A DNA stretch of 64,000 nucleotides from an uncultured Candidatus Rokubacteria bacterium (GCA_963758635.1 CAVWWD010000008.1:1120001-1184000), one strand, 5' to 3'; shown: positions 21,913 to 34,422, counted from the stretch's first letter. Translations and numbers: made by a program. Notes: generated from the letters alone by a model not told the origin.

Positions 21913-22414
21913 GAAGATCCTCCGGGCGGCCGCAGGCTGCCGTACCGCCCGCGGAAGTAGAGCAGGGCCTCGAGCGCGCTCTCCTCGGTCGTCTCGCCGG
22001 CCTCGACCTGGCCGACGAAGATCGTGTGGTCGCCCCCGGCGTAGGCGTGGACGGTGGAGCACTCGAGGTGGGCGAGGGCGCCGCCGAGGAGCGGAAAGCC
22101 GAGCTTTCCGTCCCGGTGCGGGACGCCGTCGAACTTCTCGTGCGCGCTGCCCACGGAGGAGGCGAAGCGGTTCGAGATGGCTTCCTGCCCGAGCGCCAGG
22201 ATGTTGACCGCGAAGCCGCGGCTGGCGCGCAGCGCGGGAAGCTCTGGGCGTTCTCGGCCACGCAGACCAGGATGAGGGGCGGCGACAGTGACACGGACGA
22301 GAACGCGCTGGCGGTGAGGCCCGCCGGCCGGCCCTCGGCGTCCCGGGTGGTGATGATCGTGACGCCGCTCGCCCAGTGACTCAGGAGACGCTTGAAATCG
22401 TTGGGGTGAAGCAC
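21909..22414 (-). CDS. Flavin reductase domain protein (frameshifted)
   Basis: WASGVTIIT, AFSSVSLSPPLILVC, GGDHTIFVG. Confidence 0.8.
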
Positions 22415-22491
22415 GGCCCCTTTTCTAGCAGGTCCCACCGGATCTTTCAAGTTCGTTCGCGCGGTTGGACGACACGTGCGCCCGCGCTTCC

Positions 22492-22521
22492 TTGACGCCC
22501 GTGGCGACCGGCCCCTATACT
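22492..22521 (+). promoter_or_regulatory. Sigma-70-like promoter of mrp
   Basis: TTGACG-N18-TATACT. Confidence 0.5.
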
Positions 22522-22571
22522 CCACCACGACCGGGAACCGATCTGGCAGACCTTGCTCGGATGGAGGACGC

Positions 22572-23713
<1,142 letters not shown>

Positions 23714-23725
23714 GGCCGAAGCGGC

Positions 23726-24361
23726 TTGACCAGAGCCGGCCGCGTCTACCTGCCCATCTTCCCGCTTCCCGACCAGACCTTCTTCCCCCACACGCTCCTG
23801 CCGCTGCACATCTTCGAGGCGCGCTACCGCGCGATGGTGTCGGACTGCCTCGCCCGCGACCGGCGCCTCGCCGTGGTCGGGCTGAAGCCGGGGTACGAGG
23901 ACGACTACGAGGGCAAGCCGGACGTGCACGCGATCGGCGGGGCGGGGGAGATCGTGCGCTACGAGCGGCTGGCCACCGGCCGGTACAACATCCTGGTGAA
24001 GGGCGAGACGCGGATCCGGATCGAGCGCGAGATGCCCACCGACACCCTCTACCGCGTGGCCGAGGCCACCACGCTCGCCGACGTGGCCGTGGACGCGCCC
24101 ACCGCCGACCCGCTGGTGGCCGGGGTGAAGGCGCGCTGCCGCCGCGTGCTCACCGCGCTCGGGCGCTTCACGCCGAAGCTCGAGGAGAGCCTCGCCGGCT
24201 CGGCCACGCCCGACGTGCTGACCGACCAGGTGGCCGCCGCGCTCATCCCGTCGCCCGTGCTCCGCCAGCGGCTCCTCGAGGAGATGAACGTGGAGCGCCG
24301 TCTGCGGCTGATCGTCGCCGCCCTCGACCGCCTCCTCGCCCAGATGGAGAAGGACACGATG
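23726..24361 (+). CDS. LON peptidase substrate-binding (N-terminal) domain protein
   Basis: LPIFPL...LPLHIFEARYRAMV. Confidence 0.75.
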
Positions 24362-25075
24362 ATCGCGCCGCGCTCATCCCGGGCCGGGCTCACCCTGACC
24401 CTGTGCCTGTTGCTCGGGATCGGCGCCGACGCCGTCGACGCCGCCGCGCGCTGGGGATGGCTGGGAGTCCGGATCCGCGACCTCTCCGAGCAGGAGATGG
24501 AGGACATCTCCCGCCGCCATGGGCTGCGCGAGGGGTTCGGGGCGCTGATCGTCGACGTCATGAAGGAGACCCCGGCCGAGAGCGCGGGCCTCAAGGCCGG
24601 CGACATCGTCGTGGCGCTCCGCGACCGTCCGGTGGTGGACACCCGCACGCTCCAGCGCCTGATCGCCAGCGCCGCGGTGGGAGAGCGCGTGCGTCTCACC
24701 GTGCTGCGCGAGCGCGAGGGGCGGCGCGGCATGGACGTGCAGCTCGCGCCCATGCCCGATCCCGTGGCGGCGGAGCGGGTGGCCGTGGAGCTGGGCTTCG
24801 TGGTCCGCGAGCCCGAGGCGCAGGGCGAGCCCGGCGGCCGTCGTCTCACGGCCCTGCCGGCGGTCGCGGTGGTGCTCAGGCGGAGCCGCGCCGAGCAGGC
24901 CGGGCTCAAGGTGGGAGACGTGCTCATCGAGGTGAACGGCCGTCCCGTGCTCACCCTCGAGGCAGTCCGGGCGGCGCTGCTCGACGTAGTCCTCGAACGA
25001 GAGGTGCCGCTGGTGGTGCGTCGCGACGACACCCAGGTGAGCGTCGTCGTGCCCGCGCTTCCCTCGGTCCAGTGA
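24359..25075 (+). CDS. Secreted tandem PDZ-domain protein
   Basis: Signal-like N-terminus; GWLGVRI, PAESAGLKAGDIV, AEQAGLKVGDVL. Confidence 0.7.
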   Translation: MIAPRSSRAGLTLTLCLLLGIGADAVDAAARWGWLGVRIRDLSEQEMEDISRRHGLREGFGALIVDVMKETPAESAGLKAGDIVVALRDRPVVDTRTLQRLIASAAVGERVRLTVLREREGRRGMDVQLAPMPDPVAAERVAVELGFVVREPEAQGEPGGRRLTALPAVAVVLRRSRAEQAGLKVGDVLIEVNGRPVLTLEAVRAALLDVVLEREVPLVVRRDDTQVSVVVPALPSVQ

Positions 25076-25086
25076 GGATCAAGTGC

Positions 25087-25115
25087 TTGACAAGCCTTCG
25101 GACCGCCCGTAGCGT
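25087..25115 (+). promoter_or_regulatory. Sigma-70-like promoter of the TRAP operon
   Basis: TTGACA-N17-TAGCGT. Confidence 0.55.
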
Positions 25116-25232
25116 ACCCGCGGGAAACACGCCGGTCCGAACGGTTGCAGCGCGCCCCACGTGTGCCCAGGGCCTCCGGCCAGAACCAGGAGGAGAGCGT
25201 TAGCCACGGCGAACCCTCGAGAGGAGAACACC

Positions 25233-26381
25233 ATGAGTGATCAGCCGGTCTCCACCGAAGCGCCCCGCCGGAGGTTCCTCCGCAGTGTGGCCGCCGCGGG
25301 CGGCGCCACCCTCGCCTTCCCGATGGTGGCGAAGGCCCAGGGGCCCATCTCGATGCGTTGGCAGAGCACGTGGCCGCAGAAGGACATCTTCCACGAGTAC
25401 GCGCTGGACTTCGCCAAGAAGCTGAACGACATGACGGGCGGCGACCTGAAGATCGAGGTGCTCCCCGCCGGCGCGGTGGTGCCGGCCTTCGGCCTCCTCG
25501 ACGCGGTGTCCAAGGGGACGCTCGACGGGGGCCACGGCGTGCTCGCCTACCACTACGGCAAGCAGACGGCGCTCGCGCTCTGGGGCTCCGGCCCGGGCTA
25601 CGGCATGGACGCGAACATGCTGCTCTCGTGGCACAAGTACGGCGGGGGCAAGCAGCTCCTCACCAAGCTCTACCAGTCGATCGGGGCCAACGTGGTGTCG
25701 TTTCCCGTACGGACCGATGCCGACCCAGCCGCTGGGCTGGTTCAAGAAGCCCATCACCAAGGCCGACGACTTCAAGGGCCTCAAGTTCCGCACCGTGGGC
25801 ATCTCCATCGACCTGTTCACCGGCCTGGGCGCCGCGGTGAACGCGCTGTCCGGCGGCGAGATCGTGCCCGCCCTGGACCGCGGCCTCCTCGACGCCGCGG
25901 AGTTCAACAACGCGAGCTCCGACCGGATCCTGGGCTTCGCCGACGTCTCGAAGGTCTGCATGCTCGCAGAGCTATCACCAGAACGCGGAGCAGTTCGAGA
26001 TCACGTTCAACAAGACCAAGTTCGACGCCCTGCCCGACAAGATGCAAGGCCATCATCGAGGGCGCGGTGGAGGCGGCCTCCGCCGACATGTCGTGGAAGG
26101 CGGTGGACCGGTACTCGAAGGACTACATCGAGCTGCAGACCAAGGACAAGGTGCGGTTCTACAAGACGCCGGACTCCGTGCTCCAGAAGCAGCTCGAGAT
26201 CTACGACCAGGTGGCGGACAAGAAGGCGGCGGACAACCCGCTCTTCAAGGAGGTCGCGGAGTCGCAGAAGGCCTTCGCGGCCCGCGCCGTGAAGTGGGAC
26301 CTCGACACCAACGTCAGCCGGCGCATGGCGTACAACCACTACTTCGCCCGGGCGGCGGCGCCCGCGGGCAAGAAGAGCTAG
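25233..26381 (+). CDS. TRAP substrate-binding protein, DctP/TakP type, Tat signal (frameshifted)
   Basis: RRRFL Tat motif; WQSTWP, LPAGAVV, GWFKKPI...FKGLKFR, DAAEF. Confidence 0.85.
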   Translation: MSDQPVSTEAPRRRFLRSVAAAGGATLAFPMVAKAQGPISMRWQSTWPQKDIFHEYALDFAKKLNDMTGGDLKIEVLPAGAVVPAFGLLDAVSKGTLDGGHGVLAYHYGKQTALALWGSGPGYGMDANMLLSWHKYGGGKQLLTKLYQSIGANVVSFPVRTDADPAAGLVQEAHHQGRRLQGPQVPHRGHLHRPVHRPGRRGERAVRRRDRARPGPRPPRRRGVQQRELRPDPGLRRRLEGLHARRAITRTRSSSRSRSTRPSSTPCPTRCKAIIEGAVEAASADMSWKAVDRYSKDYIELQTKDKVRFYKTPDSVLQKQLEIYDQVADKKAADNPLFKEVAESQKAFAARAVKWDLDTNVSRRMAYNHYFARAAAPAGKKS

Positions 26382-26403
26382 CGCGCGGGTGACCCAGCCT
26401 CGG

Positions 26404-26441
26404 GGGGCGGCGCCTCCGGCGGAAGCCGGGGGCGCCGCCCC
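26404..26441 (+). terminator. Strong GC hairpin between dctP and dctQ
   Basis: GGGGCGGCGCCTCCGGC-ggaa-GCCGGGGGCGCCGCCCC. Confidence 0.65.
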
Positions 26442-26453
26442 TCGCCCTTCCCG

Positions 26454-27141
26454 ATGATCGCCGTCGTCCGCGCCATCGACCTCGTCAGCTACTGGTCGGG
26501 CAAGGCCTTCGCCTGGCTCATCATGGCCCTGACCTTCGTCGTGGCCATCGAGGTGTTCAAGCGGTACATCCTGAACGCGCCGACGGCCTGGATCTTCGAC
26601 TTCAACAACATGCTGTACGGCACGCTCTTCATGATGTGCGGCGCGTACACGCTGGCCCTCGCCGGCCACGTCCGCGCGGACTTCGTCTATCACCGTTTGC
26701 GGCCGCGCGCCCAGGCCGCCCTCGACCTCGTCCTCTTCCTTCTCTTCTTCGTTCCCGGCATCCTCGGGCTCATCTACGCCGGCTTCGACTTCGCGGCGCT
26801 GTCGTGGCGGATCGGCGAGCACTCCACCGTCACCGCGGAGGGGCCGCCCGGTGTACCACTTCAAGAGCGTCATCCCGCTCGCCGGCATCCTCGTCATCCT
26901 GCAGGGGCTGGGGGAGATCGTCCGCTGCGTCCTGTGCCTGCGCACCGGCGCGTGGCCGGCGCGCCTCGAGGACGTCGAGGAGATCGACGTGATCGAGACC
27001 CAGCTCGGCCACAGCGCGTACGTGGACGAGGAGTCACGCCAGGCCGCGATGCATGGCGCGCACGCCATCGACGAGGCGGCCCGGCACCGATCGGTGACGG
27101 ACGAGGCGGAGGGGCGAGAGGCGCCCGGGCGGAAGCCATGA
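26454..27141 (+). CDS. TRAP small permease DctQ (frameshift near 26850)
   Basis: EVFKRYILNAPT, GAYTL...GHVRADF. Confidence 0.8.
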
Positions 27142-29276
27142 GCGACCCCTGGCTCGGCCTCACCATGCTGGGGCTCATCGTGGTGGCCATCATGATGGGC
27201 TTCCCCACCGCGTTCACCCTGATGGGCCTCGGGATGGTCTTCGGCTACGTCGCCTTCTGGCAGGCCGGCCAGCACTGGTACGAGAGCCGCGTCTTCGACC
27301 TGATCGTCCAGCGCACCTACGGGGTCATGACCAACGACACCCTGCTGTCGGTGCCGCTGTTCGTGTTCATGGGCTACATCATGGAGCGGGCGGCGCTCGT
27401 CGACCGCATGTTCCACAGCGTGCAGCTCGCCTTCCGGCGCGTCCCGGCCTCGCTCGCCGTCACCACCCTCCTCGTGTGCGCGTTCTGGGGCATCGCCTCC
27501 GGGATCGTGGGCGCGGTGGTGGTGCTGATGGGGGTGATCGCGATGCGCCCGATGCTGAACGCGGGCTACGACGTCAAGCTCGCCGCCGGCGCCATCACCG
27601 CGGGGGGCACGCTCGGCATCCTGATCCCGCCGTCCGTCATGCTCATCGTGTACGCCGCGGTGGCCGGGCAGTCCATCGTGAAGCTCTACGCGGCGGCCAT
27701 GCTCCCGGGCTTCTTCCTCACGTTCCTCTACCTCGCCTACATCGTGGGCTGGGCGCTCATCAACCCGAGGATCGCGCCCAGGCTTCGCCCGGACCAGTAC
27801 CGCGTCGCCGTGCCCGACCACCTGCGGGGGCTCGAGCGAGGGAGCGGAGGGAACGTCGTTCGCGGGCTCGCTCGGCGCCGTCCTGTCTCCCGGCCGCTCG
27901 CGCAACCGCCTCGGGTGGGACGGGGTACCCGGCGATCGTCAAGGACGTGCTGGCGCTGTCCGTGCCCGTGCTCTTGACCTTCGGCGTCTTCCTGGCCACG
28001 TGGTGGTACGTGGTGGTCCACAACGCCCCGCAGACGGTGGCGACCGCGCCCGCGCCGGCGTCCCGTGCCGTCGCCACCGTGGCCACGGCGCCGCCCGCGA
28101 CGACCGCCGTCGTGGCCACGCCGCCCCCCGCGACGGCCGCCGCCCCCGCGGCCAAAGCGCCCGCCGAGGAGAAGCCGGAGGAGCTGGGCGCGGCCGGCGA
28201 CGCCGAGAAGGCGGCCGAGGGGGACAAGCCCCAGGAGCTGGGCGGGGCGAGCGAGTCCGAGCCGGCCGGCGCGGCGGCGAAGACGGACGCGCCCGCCCGA
28301 GGAGATGACATCGCTGCGGGACCCCGCGCAGGCCGCCTCGGGGGGCCAGGTTCCCTCGCACTTCTACCCGTGGTTCTGGGGGCTCGCCGCGGCCTCCACG
28401 GCGCTGCTCCTCTACTACTACTGGCGCATGGACGGTGAGCAGCTCCAGATCCTGAAGGAGCTGGTCTCCTCGGTGGTGCCCCTCGGCGTGCTCACGGTGG
28501 TGGTCCTCTCCGTGATCCTGTTCGGCATCTGCACCGCCACCGAGTCCGCGGCCATCGGCGCGCTGGGCGCGATGTACCTCGCCGTGATGGCGAAGTACGC
28601 GCGCGCGGTGCTGTTGTGGACCCTCGCCGGCTTCGTCCTCGGCGTGGTCCTCGGCTGGCACCAGGGCGAGGCCTGGGCGTCGCTGGCGGTGGCGGGCTCG
28701 ATCGGCGGCACCCTCGTCGGCACCGTGGTGCCCCTCCTCTGGTACCTGCGGATCTCGCCCGAGCTGCGGCTCAACCTCAAGCAGTCGACGTTCCTCACCG
28801 CGAAGACGACGGCGATGGTGTGCTGGCTCTTCGTGGGCTCGGCGCTCTTCTCGTCGGTGTTCGCGCTGCACGGCGGGCAGGGGCTCATCGAGCGGTGGGT
28901 GCTGAGCATGAACCTCTCTCCGCTCACCTTCATGCTCCTCGCCCAGGCCATCATCTTCCTGCTCGGCTGGCCGCTCGAGTGGACGGAGATCATCGTCATC
29001 TTCTGCCCGATCTTCATCCCGCTGCTCGCCCACTTCGACGTCGACCCGATCCTGTTCGGCACCATGGTCGCGGTGAACCTCCAGGCCGCCTTCCTCTCGC
29101 CCCCGGTGGCCATGTCGGCGTTCTACCTCAAGGGGGTCTCGCCGAAGCACGTCACCCTCAACCAGATCTTCGCGGGGATGATGCCGTACATGATCATCGT
29201 GTGCATCTGCCTCGCCTTCATGTACATCTGGCCGGGCATGACGCTGTGGCTGCCCGAGTTCCTCTACGGGAAGTGA
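27138..29276 (+). CDS. TRAP large permease DctM with Ala/Pro-rich insertion (frameshifted)
   Basis: GFPTAFTL, LLSVPLFVFMG, GGTLGILIPPS, TATESAAIGA, NLQAAFLSPP. Confidence 0.8.
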
Positions 29277-29284
29277 CGGGGCCC

Positions 29285-30622
29285 ATGGACCGGACGGGAC
29301 TCTGCTGGCTGCCCGCCTCGGAGGCCGCGCGCCTCGTTCGCCACGGGCAGCTCACCGCGCAGGAGCTGGTCGAGGCGTGCCTGGCGCGCATCGCCGAGGT
29401 CGACGGCCAGGTGCAGGCGTGGACGTTCCTCGACCCCGATCACGCGCGAGCCCAGGCGCGCGCGCTGGACGAGTGGAAGCTCGGCGGCAACCCGATCGGC
29501 CCGCTCCACGGCGTGCCCGTGGGCCTCAAGGACATCATCGACACCGCCGACATGCCGACGGAGAACGGCTCCGTGCTCCACGCCGGGCGGACGCCCTCCC
29601 GCGACGCCACGGTGACGGCCCGGCTGCGCGCCGCGGGCGCGGTGATCATGGGCAAGACCGTCACCACCGAGTTCGCCACCCGCTTCCCGGGCAAGACGCG
29701 CAATCCGCACAACCCCGCCCACACGCCGGGCGGGTCGTCCAGCGGGTCGGCGGCGGCGGTGGCCGCGGGCATGGTGCCGCTCGCGCTGGGCAGCCAGACC
29801 ACGGGCTCCACCATTCGGCCCGCCTCGTACTGCGGGGTGTGGGCTCTGAAGCCCACCCACGGCCTGATCTCGCGCGCGGGCATGTTCATGCTCTCGCGCT
29901 CGCTCGACCACGTGGGCCTGTTCGCGCGGACCGCGGAGGACCTGGCCCTCCTCGCCGAGGTCCTGGTCGGCCACGACGAGCACGACCCCGACACGCGGCC
30001 TCGCGCGCGCATCCCCTTCGTGGAGGTGACGGCCGAGGAGCCGCCCATCCCCCCGATGCTCGCCTTCCTCAAGACGCCCCTCTGGGACCGCGCCGACGAC
30101 GACACCCGGGGCGCCTTCGCCGAGCTCGTGGCGCACCTGGGCGACCGCGTCGAGGAGATCGACCTCGGGCCGGCCGCCGCCGACCTCTGGGACCTGCACG
30201 CCACGGTGTCGGGACCGGAGGTGGCGCTGAACCTCGAGCGCGAGTGGCAGACCGGCCGCGATCGGCTGTCCGCCGCGCTCCAGGAGCGCATCGAGCGCGG
30301 CCGGCAGGTGTCGGCCATCGACTACCTCCGGGGGCGGGCGCGGATCGGGCCCATGGTGGACGGGCTGCTGGAGCTGTTCCAGCAGCGCTACGACGCCATC
30401 CTCACGCCCGCCGCGTTCGGCACGGCGCCGGTCGGCCTGGCCTCCACCGGCGATCCCGCGTTCTGCTCGCCGTGGACGCTCTTCGGGATGCCCGCGGTCA
30501 ACGTCCCTCTCATGCAGGGCGAAAACGGCCTGCCCATCGGCGCCCAGCTCGTCGGCGCCCGCGACACGGATGCGCGCCTGCTGCGCACCGCGCGCTGGCT
30601 GGCCCGGAGCGTCGGGAGCTGA
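29285..30622 (+). CDS. Amidase signature family protein
   Basis: GVPVGLKD, PGGSSSGSAAAVA, GSQTTGSTIRPAS. Confidence 0.9.
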   Translation: MDRTGLCWLPASEAARLVRHGQLTAQELVEACLARIAEVDGQVQAWTFLDPDHARAQARALDEWKLGGNPIGPLHGVPVGLKDIIDTADMPTENGSVLHAGRTPSRDATVTARLRAAGAVIMGKTVTTEFATRFPGKTRNPHNPAHTPGGSSSGSAAAVAAGMVPLALGSQTTGSTIRPASYCGVWALKPTHGLISRAGMFMLSRSLDHVGLFARTAEDLALLAEVLVGHDEHDPDTRPRARIPFVEVTAEEPPIPPMLAFLKTPLWDRADDDTRGAFAELVAHLGDRVEEIDLGPAAADLWDLHATVSGPEVALNLEREWQTGRDRLSAALQERIERGRQVSAIDYLRGRARIGPMVDGLLELFQQRYDAILTPAAFGTAPVGLASTGDPAFCSPWTLFGMPAVNVPLMQGENGLPIGAQLVGARDTDARLLRTARWLARSVGS

Positions 30623-30629
30623 CGCGGCG

Positions 30630-32388
30630 ATGATCGTCCTCGGGATCAACGAGACGCACTGCGCGACCGCCGCCGTCCTCCGCGACGGTCGGATCGTCGC
30701 CTGCGCCTCCGAGGAGCGCTTCTCGCGCCTCAAGAACGACGCCGGGTATCCGCGCCGCGCGGTGGACGCGGTGCTCGCCGAGGCGGGCGTCGCCCCGGGG
30801 CAGGTGGACCTGGTCGCCCTCGCGGGCGCGCGCGCCGCGTCGCGCGAGTGGCTGAACCGCGTGCTCCACGACGAGGACTACATCCGCGAGTACTACGCGG
30901 TGAGCTGGCCGTCGCCGCGACGGGCCCTCGGCAAGCGCGTGCGGAAGCTCGGCGCGAAGCTCGGGCTGATGGACCCCTCGCGCGGGAAGTTCGCGCTGAG
31001 CCAGTCCGAGCGCCTGGGGCTCGTCACGTCGCACCTCGGCGTGCCGGCCGGGAAGATCGCCTGCCTCGACCACCACGCCTGCCACGCCGCGGCCGCGTAC
31101 TGGGGCTCGGGCTTCCGGGGCCGCGAGGCCCTCGTGCTCACCAACGACAACTCCGGCGACGGGCTCTGCGCCACCGCCTCCACCGGGCACGAGCTGTCCC
31201 TGACGCGGCACGAGGCGTCGCCCAGCGCGCCCGGGTCGGTGGGGGCCTTCTACTCGTTCGTGACGCTCGCCCTCGGCATGAAGTTCGGCGAGCACGAGTA
31301 CAAGGTGATGGGCCTGGCCCCGTACGCCGGCGAGCGCTGGGCCGAGCGCGGCGAGCGGGCGCTGCGGGAGGTGTTCGATCTCGAGGCGAGCCGGCCGGCC
31401 CGATTCGCGTGGAAGAAGCCCGGCGAGCGCTACCAGCTCCTGCTGCGGACCACGCTCGGGCTGCGCTTCGACGCCGTGGCCGCCGGCGCCCAGCGGCTCC
31501 TCGAGGACCTCCTCGTGCGCTGGACCCGGCTGATGCGCGAGCGCTACGGCGGCGCGCGGCTGGCCCTGGGCGGCGGCGTCTTCATGAACGTCAAGGCGAA
31601 CATGCTCCTGGCCCGCGAGGCCGGCGTCGAGGAGCTGTTCGTGTTCCCGTCGTGCGGCGACGAGTCGAACGCGGTGGGCGCCGCGTACCTCGGCTACCTC
31701 CAGGAGTGCGCGCGCCGGGGTGTCACGCCCGCGCCGGCGCCCTTCGGCCACGCCTACCTCGGGCCCGCCGTCACCGACGCCGAGGTCGAGGACGTGATCC
31801 GCGCGCGCGATCTCGCCGGGCGCTACAAGGTGGCGTTCCACGACCGCATCGAGGAGCGCGTGGCCGAGCTCCTGGTCATCGGACGGCGTGGTGGCCCGCT
31901 GCGCGGGGCGGATGGAGTTCGGGGCGCGGGCCCTCGGCAACCGGTCGATCCTCGCCAACCCGTCCGACCCGCGGGTGGCCGGCACCATCAACCGGATGAT
32001 CAAGAACCGCGACTTCTGGATGCCGTTCGCCCCCACGATCCTCGCGGAGCGCGCGGCCGACTACCTGGAGGACGGAGCGCGTCTGGCCTCGCCGTACATG
32101 ATGCTGGCCTCGCCCACGCGTCCGGCCGCGCGCGAGGCGCTCGCCGCCGCGCTCCATCCCCACGACGCGACGGCGCGGCCGCAGATCCTCGACGAGGCGT
32201 GGAACCCCGAGTACCACGCGGTCATCAGCGAGTTCCAGCGCCGCACCGGCATCGGCGCGGTGCTGAACACGTCGTTCAACCTCCACGGCGAGCCCATCGT
32301 GTGCAGCGCGGAGGATGCCGTGGACACCTTCGAGCGGTCGGGGCTTCCCCACCTCGCCGCCGGCCACTTCCTGATCTCCAAGCGGTGA
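30630..32388 (+). CDS. NodU/CmcH-family O-carbamoyltransferase (frameshift near 31875)
   Basis: EERFSRLK, HHACHAA, EYKVMGLA, GGVFMNVKAN, EFGARALGNRSI, LNTSFNLHGEPIV. Confidence 0.9.
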
Positions 32389-33608
32389 GCCCGCCCGCCG
32401 GGAGGCCCGGGCGCCTCCGCACGCGGCCGCTCGTCCGCGTGGTGGGCATCGGGCTCATCGGGCTCCTCTGGCTGGCCACGGGGCTGGCCCTCGCCGAGCT
32501 CGTCGTCCGCGTCCGCCCCCGCTCGCCCGCCCGCGACGCGTACGTGAGCTCCGACCCCGTCCGGCACCATCGGCTGAAGCCCAGCCACGCCGCGGTCCGT
32601 CTCGGCGCGCCGTTTTCGACCAACGCGCTCGGGCTGAAGGATCGCGAGTACCCGCCGGTCAAGCCGGCCGACGTGTTCAGGGTGCTGGTGATCGGCGATT
32701 CCTTTGTCGAGGGGTTCGGCCTGTCGAACGAGGACACCATGCCCAAGCAGGCCGAGGCCCTGCTGGCTCAGCGCGCGTGCCGGCGTCGCGTCGAGGTGGT
32801 GAACGGCGGCGTCGCCAGCTATTCGCCGATCCTCGAGTACCTGTTCCTCCGCCACGTCGGGCTCGCCCTCGAGCCGGACCTCGTGGTGCTCGCCTTCGAC
32901 ATGACCAACGTCCACGACGACCTGGTCCGGGGCAAGCTGGCCTCGTTCGACGCTCATGGGCTGCCGCGGGCGGTCCCCGCGGACCGCCGCGCCGAGGCGG
33001 CGGTGCTCCTGCCGCCCATCGCCAGGCCCGGCGCGCTCCGCGTCCTCGACCCGGTCGAGCGCCTGGCCAACCGCGTGCAGCTCTACCAGTCATTCCGGGT
33101 GTCGCGCGCCGGACGGGCGCTGTTCGGCGCGGTCGCCCTGACCCCGGAGGAGCTCGAGGCGCGCGGCCTGGTGGGCGAGGTGCAATACGATCCGATCGCC
33201 ATCACGCGCGATCTCGAGCGGGCGGGCGAGCGAGAGGCCTGGGCGGCGACCGAGCGGTACGTGGCGGGGATCGCCGGCCTCGCCCGCCAGCGCGGGCTGC
33301 CGCTGGCCGTGGTCCTCTATCCGCAGGCGCAGCAGGTGAGCGCCAGCGAGTCTCCCGTGGGGCGGCGGAAGGTGGGCGCCGGCCCCGGCCTCTACCGGGC
33401 CGATCGGCCCTTCCGCCGGATGGAGGCGATCGCGACGCGCCTCGGCGTCCCGGTCATCGACGTGGTCGATCTGTTCCGCGAGCGCTCGGCGCGCGATGGC
33501 CCGCTGTTCTTCGCCGACGACATGCACCACAACCCGCGCGGAGCCCGAGTCTTCGCCGAGGGAGTCATCCACGGCCTCGTCGCCGCCCGCCTCGTGCCCT
33601 GCACCTGA
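32385..33608 (+). CDS. SGNH/GDSL hydrolase-family membrane-anchored protein
   Basis: N-terminal TM; IGDSFVEG, VNGGV, DDMHHN. Confidence 0.75.
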   Translation: MSPPAGRPGRLRTRPLVRVVGIGLIGLLWLATGLALAELVVRVRPRSPARDAYVSSDPVRHHRLKPSHAAVRLGAPFSTNALGLKDREYPPVKPADVFRVLVIGDSFVEGFGLSNEDTMPKQAEALLAQRACRRRVEVVNGGVASYSPILEYLFLRHVGLALEPDLVVLAFDMTNVHDDLVRGKLASFDAHGLPRAVPADRRAEAAVLLPPIARPGALRVLDPVERLANRVQLYQSFRVSRAGRALFGAVALTPEELEARGLVGEVQYDPIAITRDLERAGEREAWAATERYVAGIAGLARQRGLPLAVVLYPQAQQVSASESPVGRRKVGAGPGLYRADRPFRRMEAIATRLGVPVIDVVDLFRERSARDGPLFFADDMHHNPRGARVFAEGVIHGLVAARLVPCT

Positions 33609-33618
33609 CCCCGCCGGG

Positions 33619-34095
33619 TCAGAACTTCTCGGAGGCGCCTGCGCCGCCGAAGGCGCCTCCGGCGCCGAGGCTCTTGGGCTGATCGCTCGGACTCGAGCCT
33701 GACGGCGACAGCGTGGCGACGACCGGCACGACCTGCAGCGTGAGCTGGCGCCGCTCGTCGGTGAAGAGGGGAGCCGCGGTGAAGCCGAGTATCTCGCCGT
33801 CGCGGGCCCGCCCGAGCGCGCGCTCGACCCAGGCGGCGGCAACGGCCAGCGCGGCGCCGCCCGCCACCAGCACGAGCCAGAGCGGCGCGACGTGCACGTA
33901 GTGCCGAAGCGTGACGAGCGACAGCGCCGCGAGGACGATCCCCGCGTCGACGAGCAGCGTCCGCCGCGCCCCGATGCCCCACGCGAGCACGGCCAGCGGC
34001 ACGAGCGCCGTGGCCACCGCCGCGACGACCAGGGCAGGGGCCGGGGCCTCGCCGGACGCGCCTGTCCGGCCGAAGCTCTCGATCAGGCGCCGATC
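33619..34095 (-). pseudogene. 3' fragment of a membrane-protein gene, truncated at the REP-like repeat
   Basis: Hydrophobic helices and C-terminal GGAFGGAGAS; the ORF begins inside the palindromic repeat. Confidence 0.5.
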
Positions 34096-34098
34096 TAA

Positions 34099-34136
34099 CC
34101 CTCTCCCCATGGGGAGAGGGCAGGGTGAGGGGCGGT
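34099..34136. repeat. REP-like palindromic repeat, copy B
   Basis: CCCTCTCCCC-at-GGGGAGAGGG-cagggtgaggggcggt, matches 5796-5834. Confidence 0.75.
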
Positions 34137-34194
34137 AGCACCAGCGCGCGGCTGGACGTGCGCGTGTCCGGCCCCTTCGAGGAGGGCGCCCGTC

Positions 34195-34422
34195 CTAGCG
34201 GGACGGCCCACGGTACTGGCAGTTGCCCCCGAACTGGCTGTCGCCGTACCACACGCCGCCCGAGCGCACGCAGTCCGCGTAGACCTGCGCGTCCACCTCG
34301 GCGCGGCTCAGCCCCGGCGTGGCGCACCCGGCGAAGCCCACCAGGACGGCGCCGACAGCCACGCAGCGCGCGAGTCCGGCCGCCCTGCGGGCTTGCGGCC
34401 CGCTGGCCAGCTCGCCGCTCAG
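34195..34422 (-). CDS. Small lipoprotein, paralog 2 (start uncertain)
   Basis: VGAVLVGFAG-C lipobox; YADCVRSGGVWYGDSQFGGNCQY. Confidence 0.6.
   Translation of the reverse strand: MSGELASGPQARRAAGLARCVAVGAVLVGFAGCATPGLSRAEVDAQVYADCVRSGGVWYGDSQFGGNCQYRGPSR

Noticed and set aside
23726..25075. LON-N/PDZ fusion protein
   Set aside because: An internal AAGGA + ATG and a signal peptide at 24359 suggest two genes joined by an indel
30570..33608. Carbamoyltransferase-SGNH fusion (1012 aa)
   Set aside because: The carbamoyltransferase C-domain is in another frame with its own stop at 32388
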